Of a stretch of DNA of 64,000 bases, positions 34,601 through 47,015 are shown one piece after another; the first letter of the stretch is position 1; every line of letters begins with the position of its first letter. A program made the translations under genes and the position numbers. The notes under the pieces were generated by a model. The model searched no databases and was not told the DNA's origin. It was given only the letters and a program-made list of their open reading frames with translations. Origin of the DNA: Macrostomum lignano (lineage: Eukaryota); NCBI GenBank assembly GCA_002269645.1, contig NIVC01002156.1, positions 134,576 through 198,575 of the forward strand, given 5' to 3'.

Positions 34601-37007
34601 CCTCCTCCAGGGATTGTGGGATCGGTGCTTCCGGTTCCACCGGTGCCTCCAGTTTCACCGGTGCCTCCTCCAGGTGGTGTTGTCACTGACCCAGCGCTCA
34701 TATCACTGGTGCTAAGTGAACTAAGTGTGTTGGTTTCTGTGCCTGTTATAAGGTGTGCATGATTTTTTGCTAAGTGATAATATTTCGCTAATGTTGCAAA
34801 ATTTGTGACTATTTCGCTAGTGGGCTTGAGTCATTTTCGTCAAAAGTTAGTATTGCGTCGAAACAAATTAGACAATTGCTTCTTGTAAAGTTGTGATCTT
34901 AGACTTAAAGCTTACCGGTGACAAGTTAATGTTTGATATATTCAGTGATGCTATACACAAGAGCTATATTTGGCTACAATTTTACATGTAAATTGCCTAG
35001 AGCAAATCTGTCATTTTACGTAATGAATGCAGCCTCACCAAACACTGCAGATGTCGTTTCGCTTGAGCCTGCTCCGAGAGCTGTCGTGTCAGTGCCTCCA
35101 GCTCCACCGGTGCCTCCTCCAGGTGCAGTCGTGGCGGTGCCTCCTCCAGGTACTGTCGTGTCAGTGCCTACAGCTCCACCGGTGCCTCCTCCAGGTACTG
35201 TCGTGTCAGTGCCTCCAGCTCCACCGGTGCCTCCTCCAGGTGCAGTCGTGGCGGTGCCTCCGGATCCACCGGTTTCTGTTCCACTTCCTCCTCCAGGTGC
35301 AGTCGTGTCAGTGCTTCCAGCTCCACCGGTGCCTCCTTCAGGTGCAGTCGTGGCGGTGCCTCCAGCTCCACCGGTGCCTCCTCCAGGTGCAGTCGTAGCG
35401 GTGCCTCCAGCTCCACCGGTGCCTCCTCCAGGTGCAGTCGTGTCAGTGCCTCCAGCTCCACCGGTGCCTCCTCCAGGTGCAGTCGTAGCGGTGCCTCCAG
35501 GTTCACCGGTGCCTCCTCCAGGTGCAGTCGTAGCGGTGCCTCCAGCTCCACCGGTGCCTCCTCCAGGTGCAGTCGTGGTGGTGCCTCCAGATTCACCGGT
35601 GCCTCCTCCAGGTGCAGTCGTGGCAGTGCCTCCAGGTTCACCGGTGCCTCCTCCAGGTGCAGTCGTAGCAGTGCCTCCAGCTCCACCGGTGCCTCCTCCA
35701 GGTGCAGTCGTGGCAGTGCCTCCAGCTCCACCGGTGCCTCCTCCAGGTGCAGTCGTGGCAGTGCCTCCAGGTTCACCGGTGCCTCCTCCAGGTGCAGTCG
35801 TAGCGGTGCCTCCAGGTTCACCGGTGCCTCCTCCAGGTGCAGTCGTAGCAGTGCCTCCAGCTCCACCGGTGCCTCCTCCAGGTGCAGTCGTAGCAGTGCC
35901 TCCAGATTCACCGGTGCCTCCTCCAGGTGCAGTCGTGGCAGTGCCTCCAGCTCCACCGGTGCCTCCTCCAGGTGCAGTCGTAGCGGTGCCTCCAGGTTCA
36001 CCGGTGCCTCCTCCAGGTGCAGTCGTAGCGGTGCCTCCAGCTCCACCGGTGCCTCCTCCAGGTGCAGTCGTGGTGGTGCCTCCAGATTCACCGGTGCCTC
36101 CTCCAGGTGCAGTCGTGGCAGTGCCTCCAGGTTCACCGGTGCCTCCTCCAGGTGCAGTCGTGGCAGTGCCTCCAGCTCCACCGGTGCCTCCTCCAGGTGC
36201 AGTCGTAGCGGTGCCTCCAGGTTCACCGGTGCCTCCTCCAGGTGCAGTCGTAGCGGTGCCTCCAGCTCCACCGGTGCCTCCTCCAGGTGCAGTCGTGGTG
36301 GTGCCTCCAGATTCACCGGTGCCTCCTCCAGGTGCAGTCGTGGCAGTGCCTCCAGGTTCACCGGTGCCTCCTCCAGGTGCAGTCGTGGCAGTGCCTCCAG
36401 CTCCACCGGTGCCTCCTCTAGGTGCAGTCGTGGCAGTGCCTCCAGCTCCACCGGTGCCTCCTCCAGGTGCAGTCGTAGCGGTGCCTCCAGGTTCACCGGT
36501 GCCTCCTCCAGGTGCAGTCGTAGCGGTGCCTCCAGGTTCACCGGTGCCTCCTCCAGGTGCAGTCGTAGCAGTGCCTCCAGCTCCACCGGTGCCTCCTCCA
36601 GGTGCAGTCGTGGCGGTGCCTCCAGATTCACCGGTGCCTCCTCCAGGTGCAGTCGTGGCAGTGCCTACAGCTCCACCGGTGCCTCCTCCAGGTGCAGTCG
36701 TAGCGGTACCTCCAGTTCCACCGGTGCCTCCACCCTGCAGAGTAGTCGCCAATGGCAACGTGCTAAAGACGGTGGGTCCAGCTGTTGTCAAATAGATGGA
36801 TGTCGAGGGATTGCAGACGCAGGTCCCAGTTGCAGTCGTCTGACCAGTGACACCTGTAAATGTTTCAAAATGAAAATTAACTCTTATATTTTGCAAAGGA
36901 ATTTGCAGTAAGCTGAGGCAAGCTAATACGTTACCTGTATTTTCCATAACCGTAAGTATCAACAGGGCACATGTAATCAGCCTGGTCATCAACCAAATCC
37001 TCTGCAT
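28615..37007 (-). CDS. Unrecognised type-I membrane mucin-like protein, ~1419 aa: signal peptide, (GGGTGGAGGTATTAP)n, (TTAAP)n, Cys-containing domain, RRRRRR site, SEA-like region, TM, cytoplasmic tail. Exons 37007-36935, 36853-35039, 34742-33966, 33740-33501, 33415-33219, 32619-31795, 31102-30888, 28732-28615
   Basis: All seven introns GT-AG with consistent phases (1,1,1,1,0,0,2); total 4260 nt (1420 codons). Hydrophobic N-terminus MQRIWLMTRLITCALLILTV; TM FPVYAIVLLCALPVVLLVALIVLI. The last exon (…EQRKRISLNHADGVF*) is the least certain. Confidence 0.85.
28805..30800. repeat. ~22-24 bp degenerate minisatellite (CACACATTCTTCACTCTATCCC) in the last mucin intron
   Basis: About 2 kb of ttcactctatcccc-core units. 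Confidence 0.96.
31185..31697 (-). repeat. 15 bp CCCTGGTGCTAAAGC family, locus 3 (reverse orientation)
   Basis: About 33 units of GGGGCTTTAGCACCA in mucin intron 6. Confidence 0.96.
32815..33100 (-). mobile_element. Dispersed element, modules A and B contiguous, in mucin intron 5
   Basis: Reverse complement of module A (32825-33008) joined directly to module B (33006-33100). Confidence 0.8.
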
Positions 37008-39761
37008 GATTAAAAAAATGTACGCCCAAATTAACAAAGTTTAAGTATAATAGTAGATATTTTTATTAACGAAACATGCAGAGCTCTATAATTATGCACC
37101 TTAAAAGTTATTGAGAGTTTCTGTTCTCGGTAGCTAGCAGTCTGTTTTACCGTAAGGTCTGTGTAATATACTATTCGACACAAGATGGCACGCCCTAGTG
37201 GATAGTGGCTATAGGCCAATACCCACCCACACGCACAGACACTACATGCCACAGAGAGAGAAATTGCTGCAATCTACAATAAAACTATTAAATAACACTG
37301 CAGATGCCCAATCCGATGAAGTGCAGCAATTTCTCACATAACCCATGACAGTGGTGGAATATGACGGCTTTTTCGTGCAAATGCATGCATTTTTCTATTA
37401 ACCTTCAATCCTGTTTGCTTTTAGGCGTGCCCAGACGACACTGGAGGGCGAACTGTGTGGGTTGAAGAGAAGAAATAGAAAAACTACAAAAAAAGAGAAA
37501 AAAATCTTTAAACAAATTTGAGCTGAGTAATCATCTTGAGAAAAAATTTGAAGCCTGCTATACTTTGTACTGAATCCATGGACAATAAAGGCAGTCGCTA
37601 AAACGTTGGTGGAAAAACTATGCTGCAGTTCTGACTATAAGATAGGAAAGAACAGAACCTACTGTTGTGCTTTCAAGGCGAGATCAACACTGTCTAAAAA
37701 TTATCTTTTAATTTCAATATTTGCATGAGTATAACCTACTGTCTGTAACTAAGCCATACTATTTCTATTGTGCTTGAAGGGTCGCCTTCTTAACTTCCAT
37801 CTTCTCACCGCGTGCTTACTCACTGCGTGCTACTCTGTGTCCGCACTCTCTCCTCTCCGAGTCCGATCTCTACAATTTTTCTATCCTTTCATCTGTGCAG
37901 CATCACAACAGAAAAAAAGTAATTTTCTGCAGCTTGAGAGAGCAGATTTGCAAACTGATAGCCAGCGGGGTGCTCGCTTCAATGAATGAACCTGAGTATC
38001 TTTTCAGTTTTAAGAATGAAATGCAATTGTGTGGGTACTTGTGCCATCTGCTTGAAATGAATACCCTTCCTTCTTATAGTGAGCAAGTGGCTGAGTTATT
38101 TGCTTAATTTTGTTATTTCAAAAGCAAACCGCAAACTGATTCTTAAAATTATTTAATATTAAAAAAATTGTTGATTTGTTCACCATTTTATATTCAAAAT
38201 TAAAGTTTTCTACGATGGAGTGCGTGACGATTAAGGCGGGAGACTTTTTGTGTAGCGGATAATTTAATTTAGTTTGATTGAGTCAACGATCCAGATCAGC
38301 AGCCGCGATTTCACACTAGCGTAATGTACATTAGTACTTAATGAACTTTAATGCAATGGTCTCTGGTTGCGCTTTGCGAAAACCGGTCGGGACCCTGTTG
38401 TTGATTGGTGGGCCGAGGTAGGCTCGAGGAAACATGATATCAATTGATAAACAAGCCTAGCTAATCCATCAGACAACCCCTTGAGACGCAATGTACAAAT
38501 TAATCGATAAAATATCGTGCTAGAATACTGCGAAGTAAATTCATATGCATAGATAGGAACTACTTTGCGAGAAGTGACACAATATGCATGAAATACAAAT
38601 AATATAATAAATACATGCGAGGCGACAAATAACTACAAATACAAAAGCAACATAAGCGTAACCTTAATACGTATTTGATATTGTTAAAATGAATGAATGA
38701 TTACAAGTAGTATGGTATGCGTGCGAAATGCGATCTTACAGTAAAATTTGAAGCGCATAATTGACTTAGTCAGTTTTTTATGGATCTTGTTTGCAGCATG
38801 CAAGTACGACCGAAATTTTGCTGAGTAAAGTGCTTTGATTTTTTTATTATTGACAATCATGAGTGTGCAATCGAAAGAAGACCAAAGGCACAGAATGCTC
38901 AAGCGATGGGAAAAGTATGTTGTTACAGGTGGAGACTATGTTGAGAAGGCTGCCTTGAAGGTTGCTAATGATGATGAATGACTACAATTCATTTCTTAAA
39001 AGGAAAAAACATCGCCTTTTGTATTTTTTAAACTCTTACTGTAAGACTATTCATGCATAACTTTTGAATGAAATGACCAAAATACACGCGACTGAATTCA
39101 TTGGAAAGAAGAGATTTGCCGCTTTGAAATGACACCAAAGTTGTGCTTGTAGAGCTGCTACTGTCTTGCTCTGGGATTAAAAGTGTCAGAACCAGTGTCA
39201 GAACCACTGTTTAGTACTTTTAGTAGCAATTAGTACATGTAGGTGCTGCCACTATACTATGACAATTCACGGCGAAAATCTAAATTGTGACTCCGTTTGC
39301 TCAAACTAAGCCTGAGGATTCTTCTTTGATACCAGAACAAAAAACGAATTCGAAAAAGTTTCGCCTCAAGTGCATGTCATCGTATGAAATAAAAAAGGCA
39401 AAAACTGAAACAAGTATATTTTAATTAAAGTCAGTAACCTAATGCTTTAAAAAAATTATTTACATGCTTTATATAGTAAACAGAATAGTAAATATGATAG
39501 TTGTTAATATAGTTTCACGAAAACTAGTCAATTATTTTCGCACAGCGATATTATAAAAATGAACTACAGGTAAAAAAGACTTGCTCTATATCTAAGCAAT
39601 TGAAGGTGAAAAAGTTTGGAAGTAGAATATTTATAGCTACTGTTAAAACGAGCCGTTTTTAAATTGAAACAAGTGTTTTTTGATACTGCAAGCTTATTTC
39701 TGAGTTGAGCTCTACTATAATCTACAATAAGTAGTTGATTAAAAAGTAACACGAACAAACG

Positions 39762-42700
39762 TCACGATCTAGTAACAATATATCGTCCGCCCGAACCAGA
39801 ATGTACTTTTGCCTCTTTTCGACTCGGCGATTGCTCGCGTCGACGACTGCTGTGACTTTTGCGCGATTTTACCTGCGACATTTTTAAAGATGACAAAAGT
39901 GCATATAAGCATGGTATGATGACAGTCTCTAGTAGTCTCTCCTGGAATTATGATTCATTTCAAGTTCTAATTAACTGATGAAGCCACCTAACTACAAACG
40001 CATGCTAACTTCATGCAGAAGAAAATAAATCGTCCGTAAAAGTATCAAAAAGTGTACTTTGAAGCAAAATTTGGCCTTGAATGAATCCAACACTATCTGT
40101 TGCAGCATAGCCCCCAAGGAAGGCCTGAACTGGCTAGTCTAATATACTAAAAATTTTCTAATAACCTTTTCATCCGATTTCGTTCTAGCCGATCGCAAAC
40201 CCCGCCGAGTCGGCGACATGTCGATCAGGTTGCGTCGTTCCAGCTCGGCAAGCGACTGTCTCAGGGCGGCTACAGTTGATGCAGCAGTTTCTGGAATTCT
40301 TTTATCGACTGCAGACGCAATTGCTGCGGAAGACCTTGATTGCTTCTTAACGTTTGCCTGCTTTGACTTGATGTCTTCAAATCGATTGGGAGATCTGCGA
40401 CGACGCGGCGAACTTTCGTTGCTAGGCGGATGTGGAATGGACTTTTACTTATGTAGTTATACGAGGTAGTTACTTATTAAACTTATTCCCATTGAGGCTC
40501 CATATTGACACTGTGGATGGCAATGTGGATGCAGGAAGTCACGCCCGGCCACCGTTCCACCGACCCCTAAGCCGGAACACGCTCACACAGGGTGTACAGC
40601 GGCCCTGACTTTCTGACCGTCACTACTGGCATGTACGAGTTCACTGCGCCTTGGGTATTGGCCCTTATGGGCCCGCACGAAAGCCAATTTAATGTGCACG
40701 AGCCCCAAACGATTGTGGCTGGTGCTAAAGCCCCTTGGTGCTAAAGCCCCTTGGTGCTAAAGCCCCTTGGTGCTAAAGCCCCTTGGTGCTAAAGCCCCTT
40801 GGTGCTAAAGCCCCTTGGTGCTAAAGCCCCTTGGTGCTAAAGCCCCTTGGTGCTAAAGCCCCTTGGTGCTAAAGCCCCTTGGTGCTAAAGCCCCTTGGTG
40901 CTAAAGCCCCTTGGTGCTAAAGCCCCTTGGTGCTAAAGCCCCTTGGTGCTAAAGCCCCTTGGTGCTAAAGCCCCTTGGTGCTAAAGCCCCTTGGTGCTAA
41001 AGCCCCTTGGTGCTAAAGCCCCTTGGTGCTAAAGCCCCTTGGTGCTAAAGCCCCTTGGTGCTAAAGCCCCTTGGTGCTAAAGCCCCTTGGTGCTAAAGCC
41101 CCTTGGTGCTAAAGCCCCTTGGTGCTAAAGCCCCTTGGTGCTAAAGCCCCTTGGTGCTAAAGCCCCTTGGTGCTAAAGCCCCTTGGTGCTAAAGCCCCTT
41201 GGTGCTAAAGCCCCTTGGTGCTAAAGCCCCTTGGTGCTAAAGCCCCTTGGTGCTAAAGCCCCTTGGTGCTAAAGCCCCTTGGTGCTAAAGCCCCTTGGTG
41301 CTAAAGCCCCTTGGTGCTAAAGCCCCTTGGTGCTAAAGCCCCTTGGTGCTAAAGCCCCTTGGTGCTAAAGCCCCTTGGTGCTAAAGCCCCTTGGTGCTAA
41401 AGCCCCTTGGTGCTAAAGCCCCTTGGTGCTAAAGCCCCTTGGTGCTAAAGCCCCTTGGTGCTAAAGCCCCTTGGTGCTAAAGCCCCTTGGTGCTAAAGCC
41501 CCTTGGTGCTAAAGCCCCTTGGTGCTAAAGCCCCTTGGTGCTAAAGCCCCTTGGTGCTAAAGCCCCTTGGTGCTAAAGCCCCTTGGTGCTAAAGCCCCTT
41601 GGTGCTAAAGCCCCTTGGTGCTAAAGCCCCTTGGTGCTAAAGCCCCTTGGTGCTAAAGCCCCTTGGTGCTAAAGCCCCTTGGTGCTAAAGCCCCTTGGTG
41701 CTAAAGCCCCTTGGTGCTAAAGCCCCTTGGTGCTAAAGCCCCTTGGTGCTAAAGCCCCTTGGTGCTAAAGCCCCTTGGTGCTAAAGCCCCTTGGTGCTAA
41801 AGCCCCTTGGTGCTAAAGCCCCTTGGTGCTAAAGCCCCTTGGTGCTAAAGCCCCTTGGTGCTAAAGCCCCTTGGTGCTAAAGCCCCTTGGTGCTAAAGCC
41901 CCTTGGTGCTAAAGCCCCTTGGTGCTAAAGCCCCTTGGTGCTAAAGCCCCTTGGTGCTAAAGCCCCTTGGTGCTAAAGCCCTTGGTGCTAAAGCCCCTTG
42001 GTGCTAAAGCCCCTTGGTGCTAAAGCCCCTTGGTGCTAAAGCCCCTTGGTGCTAAAGCCCCTTGGTGCTAAAGCCCCTTGGTGCTAAAGCCCCTTGGTGC
42101 TAAAGCCCCTTGGTGCTAAAGCCCCTTGGTGCTAAAGCCCCTTGGTGCTAAAGCCCCTTGGTGCTAAAGCCCCTTGGTGCTAAAGCCCCTTGGTGCTAAA
42201 GCCCCTTGGTGCTAAAGCCCCTTGGTGCTAAAGCCCCTTGGTGCTAAAGCCCCTTGGTGCTAAAGCCCCTTGGTGCTAAAGCCCCTTGGTGCTAAAGCCC
42301 CTTGGTGCTAAAGCCCCTTGGTACTAAAGCCCCTTGGTGCTAAAGCCCCTTGGTGCTAAAGCCCCTTGGTGCTAAAGCCCCTTGGTGCTAAAGCCCCTTG
42401 GTGCTAAAGCCCCTGGTGCCGGAGCCAAAATAACGCTCCCTTTCAACCCCCGATAAAAAGAGACTGCATACAGCTTCAATTTTATCTCCGTAAAATGCCG
42501 TCATGCTGACAAACAGCAAAGATGTAAACACGCACACTCCCTCAGACACTCACCTTCCAGCAACTCTCAGCCAATCCTCACAATCAGCTGCCATCTCGCT
42601 CTGCTGCTTCGCCTTGAGCCGGAAATTCTCAGTCAGCAATTCGTCAACTCGACTGTTCGCCTCGGCAAGTCGAGCCCTGAGCCATTCGGCCTCGCGTCGG

Positions 42701-45700
42701 CTCTCCGCCAACAGTGCGGCCAGCTCAGCCAGCTGACCATGCAGGTGAACTGATCGCCATTCGTCGCCAGAATCGACAACAGAACTGGTTAGCTGACGGG
42801 GTGATTCGATTTGTTCTGCCTCGGGAGCTTGATAGTGCAACAACTGTTGCTGATGTTTTTTAAGACGATTCAAATCTTCTTGCTGCGATTCTAAATAGCA
42901 GCTGTGTCTAGATAACTGGACAGGACTGGCAGCAGGCCCAATATCGCTTGAATCTCTAAGCTGAAAACAGTGCACAGTGAGAATTTATAGGATACGTTTT
43001 AAATTTTAGCACTTTCTACTCACAGTCAAAGGTGATCATACTCAATACTTGTTGATAGAGTTTACCCAATGAAAACGATACTTAGACCAAGAAGTGTCCC
43101 AGAGTCTGGGTGTAAGTCGACGTCACGATGTAAGTCGCCAAACCTATTGTAGATGGCCTAGAGTCACTAGATGGCCTAGAGTCCCTAGATGGCCTAGAGT
43201 CCCTAGATGGCCTAGAGTCCCTAGATGGCCTAGAGTCACTAGATGGCCTAGAGTCACTAGATGGCCTAGAGTCACTAGATGGCCTAGAGTCCCTAGATGG
43301 CCTAGAGTCCCTAGATGGCCTAGAGTCACTAGATGGCCTAGAGTCACTAGATGGTCTAGAGCCCCTAGATGGCCTAGAGTCACTAGATGGCCTAGAGTCA
43401 CTAGATGGCCTAGAGTCCCTAGATGGCCTAGAGTCACTAGATGGCCTAGAGTCACTAGATGGCCTAGAGTCACTATAGTGAGTTGTTTGCACTGACTTTT
43501 GTCACGGTCTTTTCACGGTAAAACACGAAGTTTGACACATACGGATGAACATTAGTAACAAAGGAAAACTACTTCATAGATTAATTAAAGTCTTCCGCTA
43601 GTAACTGCTTTTAACCCATAATCTTTGAAAATATTGCACTGTTGAGTCTATTGCTGATGGAAACTTGTTCCTAGCCACAAAAATGTAAAAGACAAGTTCA
43701 ATATTTTTGTAGACGGGTAGGGAGACAGAGGCAGAGGCGGGGGAGACGGGAAGAGGCGGGGGAGACAGAGAGAGGCGGGGGAGACAGAGAGAGTCGGGGG
43801 AGACAGAGAGAGGCGGGGAGACAGAGAGAGGCGGCGGAGACAGAGAGAGGCGGGGGAGACAGAGAGAGGCGGGGAGACAGAGAGAGTCGGGGGAGACAGA
43901 GAGAGGCGGGGAGACAGAGAGAGGCGGGGGAGACAGAGAGAGGCGGGGGAGACAGAGAGAGGCGGGGAGACAGAGAGAGGCGGGGAGACAGAGAGAGGCG
44001 GGGGAGACAGAGAGAGGCGGGGAGACAGAGAGAGGCGGGGAGACAGAGAGAGGCGGGGAGACAGAGAGAGGCGGGGAGACAGAGAGAGGCGGGAGAAACA
44101 GGAAGAGGCGGGGAGACAGAGAGAGGCGGGGAGAAACAGGAAGAGGCGGGGGAGACAGAGAGAGGCGGGGGAGACAGAGAGAGGCGGGAGAAACAGGAAG
44201 AGGTGGGGGAGACAGAGAGAGGCGGGGAGACAGAGAGAGGCGGGGAGACAGAGAGAGGCGTGGGAGACAGAGAGAGGCGGGGAGACAGAGAGAGGCGGGG
44301 AGACAGAGAGAGGCGGGGAGACAGAGAGAGGCGGGGAGACAGAGAGAGGCGGGGAGACAGAGAGAGGCGGGGAGACAGAGAGAGGCGGGAGAAACAGGAA
44401 GAGGCGGGGGAGACAGAGAGAGGCGGGAGAAACAGGAAGAGGTGGGGGAGACAGAGAGAGGCGGGGGAGACAGAGAGAGGCGGGAGAAACAGGAAGAGGC
44501 GGGGGAGACAGAGAGAGGCGGGAGAAACAGGAAGAGGCGGGGGAGACAGAGAGAGGCGGGGGAGACAGAGAGAGGCGGGAGAAACAGGAAGAGGCGGGGG
44601 AGACAGAGAGAGGCGGGGAGACAGAGAGAGGCGGGAGAAACAGGAAGAGGCGGGGGAGACAGAGAGAGGCGGGGAGACAGAGAGAGGCGGGGTAGACAGA
44701 GAGAGGCGTGGGAGACAGAGAGAGGCGGGGAGACAGAGAGAGGCGGGGGAGACAGAGAGAGGCGTGGGAGACAGAGAGAGGCGTGGGAGACAGAAAGAGG
44801 CGGGAGAAGCAGGAAGAGGCGGGGGAGACAGAGAGAGGCGGGGAGACAGAGAGAGGCGGGGAGACAGAGAGAGGTGTGGGAGACAGAGAGAGGCGGGGGA
44901 GACAGAGAGAGGCGGGGAGACAGAGAGAGGCGGGGGAGACAGGAGAGGCGGGGTAGGAGTGACAAAAAACCACATTATAGTTTTGCTCAAAACTTCAACC
45001 TCCACTTTTACCTTGACAGGCGAAAAATGGCGCGGCCGATTTTCAATCGTTCGATCTGTCGGCCTCGACTCGTGGGGTACTGCGCGAAAAAAATGATGAA
45101 AAAAATAAACGACGATGCAGTCGTATGCTACTGAGCATTTAAGTAGTAGCAGTGGTAAATGGTAAAATAAAGTTTTCACAAAAATATATCCCAAATCTAA
45201 AGGTATACCTCGCCTCGAGTTTGCGGTTGCCCAGCTTCCTGCGGCTTCATCTGTCAATCGATTGTGATTGGCCAGCCGCCTGTCCAATAGCAGTCTCTCC
45301 TCGGATAGTTCGCGTCGAACTCGCGACCTCATCTGTTCCAGCTCGTCGCTGTGCTGAGCGGACTGCCATGCGGTCACGGCCGCTTGCTGGGATTCCAGCA
45401 GCTGGCATAGCCGAGACCATTGCTCCTGGGGTGCAATTGGATAAGCAAGGAGGGCACTACTTCTACTCATTTTTATCCCTCAAAAATGCTTACATTGGCA
45501 TTTCTGGGATTCAGTTACTTCGAGGAACTCATTTTAGAGCTCTGAACAGTTTCAGCACTACGGAACTGAGTCATTGCGGACACTTATTTTGGCAACTCCG
45601 GACACTCATTTTGGCAACTCCGGACACTTATTTTGGCAACTCCGGACACTTGACCCTCTGGACAACAAGTTAGTCATTCTGGACACCTATTAGACAATCC

Positions 45701-47015
45701 GGACAGTGATTTCTGCACTCTGGACACTTAGTAAACAATCTGGACACTCAGGTAGTCATTCAGGACACTCAGTTGTCATTCCGGACACTCATTTTTACAC
45801 TCCGGACACTCATTTTTACACTCCGGCACTTCTTTGGCAACTCCGGACACTTATTTTGACATTCCGGACACTTAGAAGAAAATTCGGAGACGATCATTTT
45901 GGCGCTCGGGACACTTATTAGAAAATCCGGACACTCATTTTGACACTCCGGACACTTAGTAAACAATCTGGACACTCAGGTAGTTATTCCGAACACTCAG
46001 TTAGTCATTCCGGACACTCATTTTACACTCCGGACACTCATTTTGGCAACTCCGGACACTCATTTTGGCACTCCGGACACTCATTTTGGCACTCCGGACA
46101 ACAAGTTAGTCATTCTGGACACTTATTGGACAATCCGGACATTGATTTTTGCACTCTGGACACTAGTAAACAATCTGGACACTCAGGTAGTCATTCAGGA
46201 CACTCATTTAGTCATTCTGGACACTCATTTTTACACTCCGGACACTTCTTTGGCAACTCCAGACACTTATTTTGGCACTCCGGACACAGTAGAAAATTCT
46301 GACACTCATTTTTACACTTCGGACACTTAGTAGACAATCCAGACACACATTTTTACACTCCGGACACTGTAGGCAATCCAAACACTCACTTTGACACTCT
46401 TGGCTGGATACTAAGTCTTGACGAAGTTATTGCGAGCTAGTTATAATTATCCTTGACTCTAATTTTGGCAAATTTGCAGATCTCTAACCTAATTACCTGT
46501 TGCTTATTTGGCGGCAGCAGTTTAAAGCTAGCTTGCATTGACGGATATTTGGCAAACAACTCATCCAGAGAAGCTTGATGCAACCGATTCGATTGAGGTT
46601 TTTGTTGTTGCTCCTGCGGCTGCTGCGACTGCTGTTTTGTCTCTTTGGGTTCCCGAGAAGGATCCAATTGTCCAGCTAGAGCAGACGCCGGTCTCATTGG
46701 AAGCTGTTTAATTTCTTCGGCCTTTTTCTCTGAAGTCAATAATAACTCATCGTCCGATTGATAGCCTTGTCTGTTATTGCTGGCACTAGTCGTATCTGTT
46801 CCAATAGCGACTGCAGCTTCTGAGCAGAACTTTCTACCCTGCTCCACAGCCATGCGAGCTCGTTGCAGAGCGGGAGAAACTCTACCACTGCTGCTGCAGT
46901 TGTTGTTGCTGACTTGCTGCACTTCCCGGTAAGCAGACGGTGGCAAGCGTCTAGATTTTGACAGCTTTTTTTTCTTAGAATTGACAGGCTGCTCGGCTGT
47001 CTCAGAGTCTGCCAT
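39762..47015 (-). CDS. Uncharacterised ~525-aa low-complexity/coiled-coil protein with an R/S-rich C-terminus. Exons 47015-46497, 45425-45209, 45079-45012, 42960-42554, 40421-40166, 39872-39762
   Basis: GT-AG introns with matching phases (0,1,0,2,0); total 1578 nt. Heptad-like segment [40 protein letters not shown]; SPRRRRSP and [16 protein letters not shown] motifs. Family not recognised. Confidence 0.75.
40575..40705 (+). mobile_element. Diverged copy 3 of module A
   Basis: CTCACACAGGGTGTACAGCGGCCCTGACTT...GGCATGTAC..TTCACTGCGCCTTGGG...TGCACGAGC. Confidence 0.7.
40719..42419 (+). repeat. Near-perfect 16 bp array (CCCCTTGGTGCTAAAG), ~106 copies; family locus 4
   Basis: I saw only two interior variants (~41980 lacks a C; 42323 G>A). 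The terminal units are the 15-bp form. Confidence 0.98.
43150..43475. repeat. 18 bp minisatellite (CTAGATGGCCTAGAGTCA/C)
   Basis: About 18 tandem units. Confidence 0.96.
43715..44952. repeat. ~19-20 bp purine-rich minisatellite (GAGACAGAGAGAGGCGGGG)
   Basis: About 60 units with interspersed GAAACAGGAAGAGGC variants. Confidence 0.96.
45575..46400. repeat. TCCGGACACTCATTTT-core repeat with an internal block duplication
   Basis: About 20-bp degenerate units; block ~45660-45860 recurs at ~46097-46280. Confidence 0.88.

Noticed and set aside
34010-36795. (VVAVPPAPPVPPPG)n plus-strand ORFs and the (LEEAPVELEAP)n alternative frames
   Set aside because: Antisense or shifted readings of the 45-bp coding repeat; only the Gly/Thr frame joins neighbouring exons in phase.
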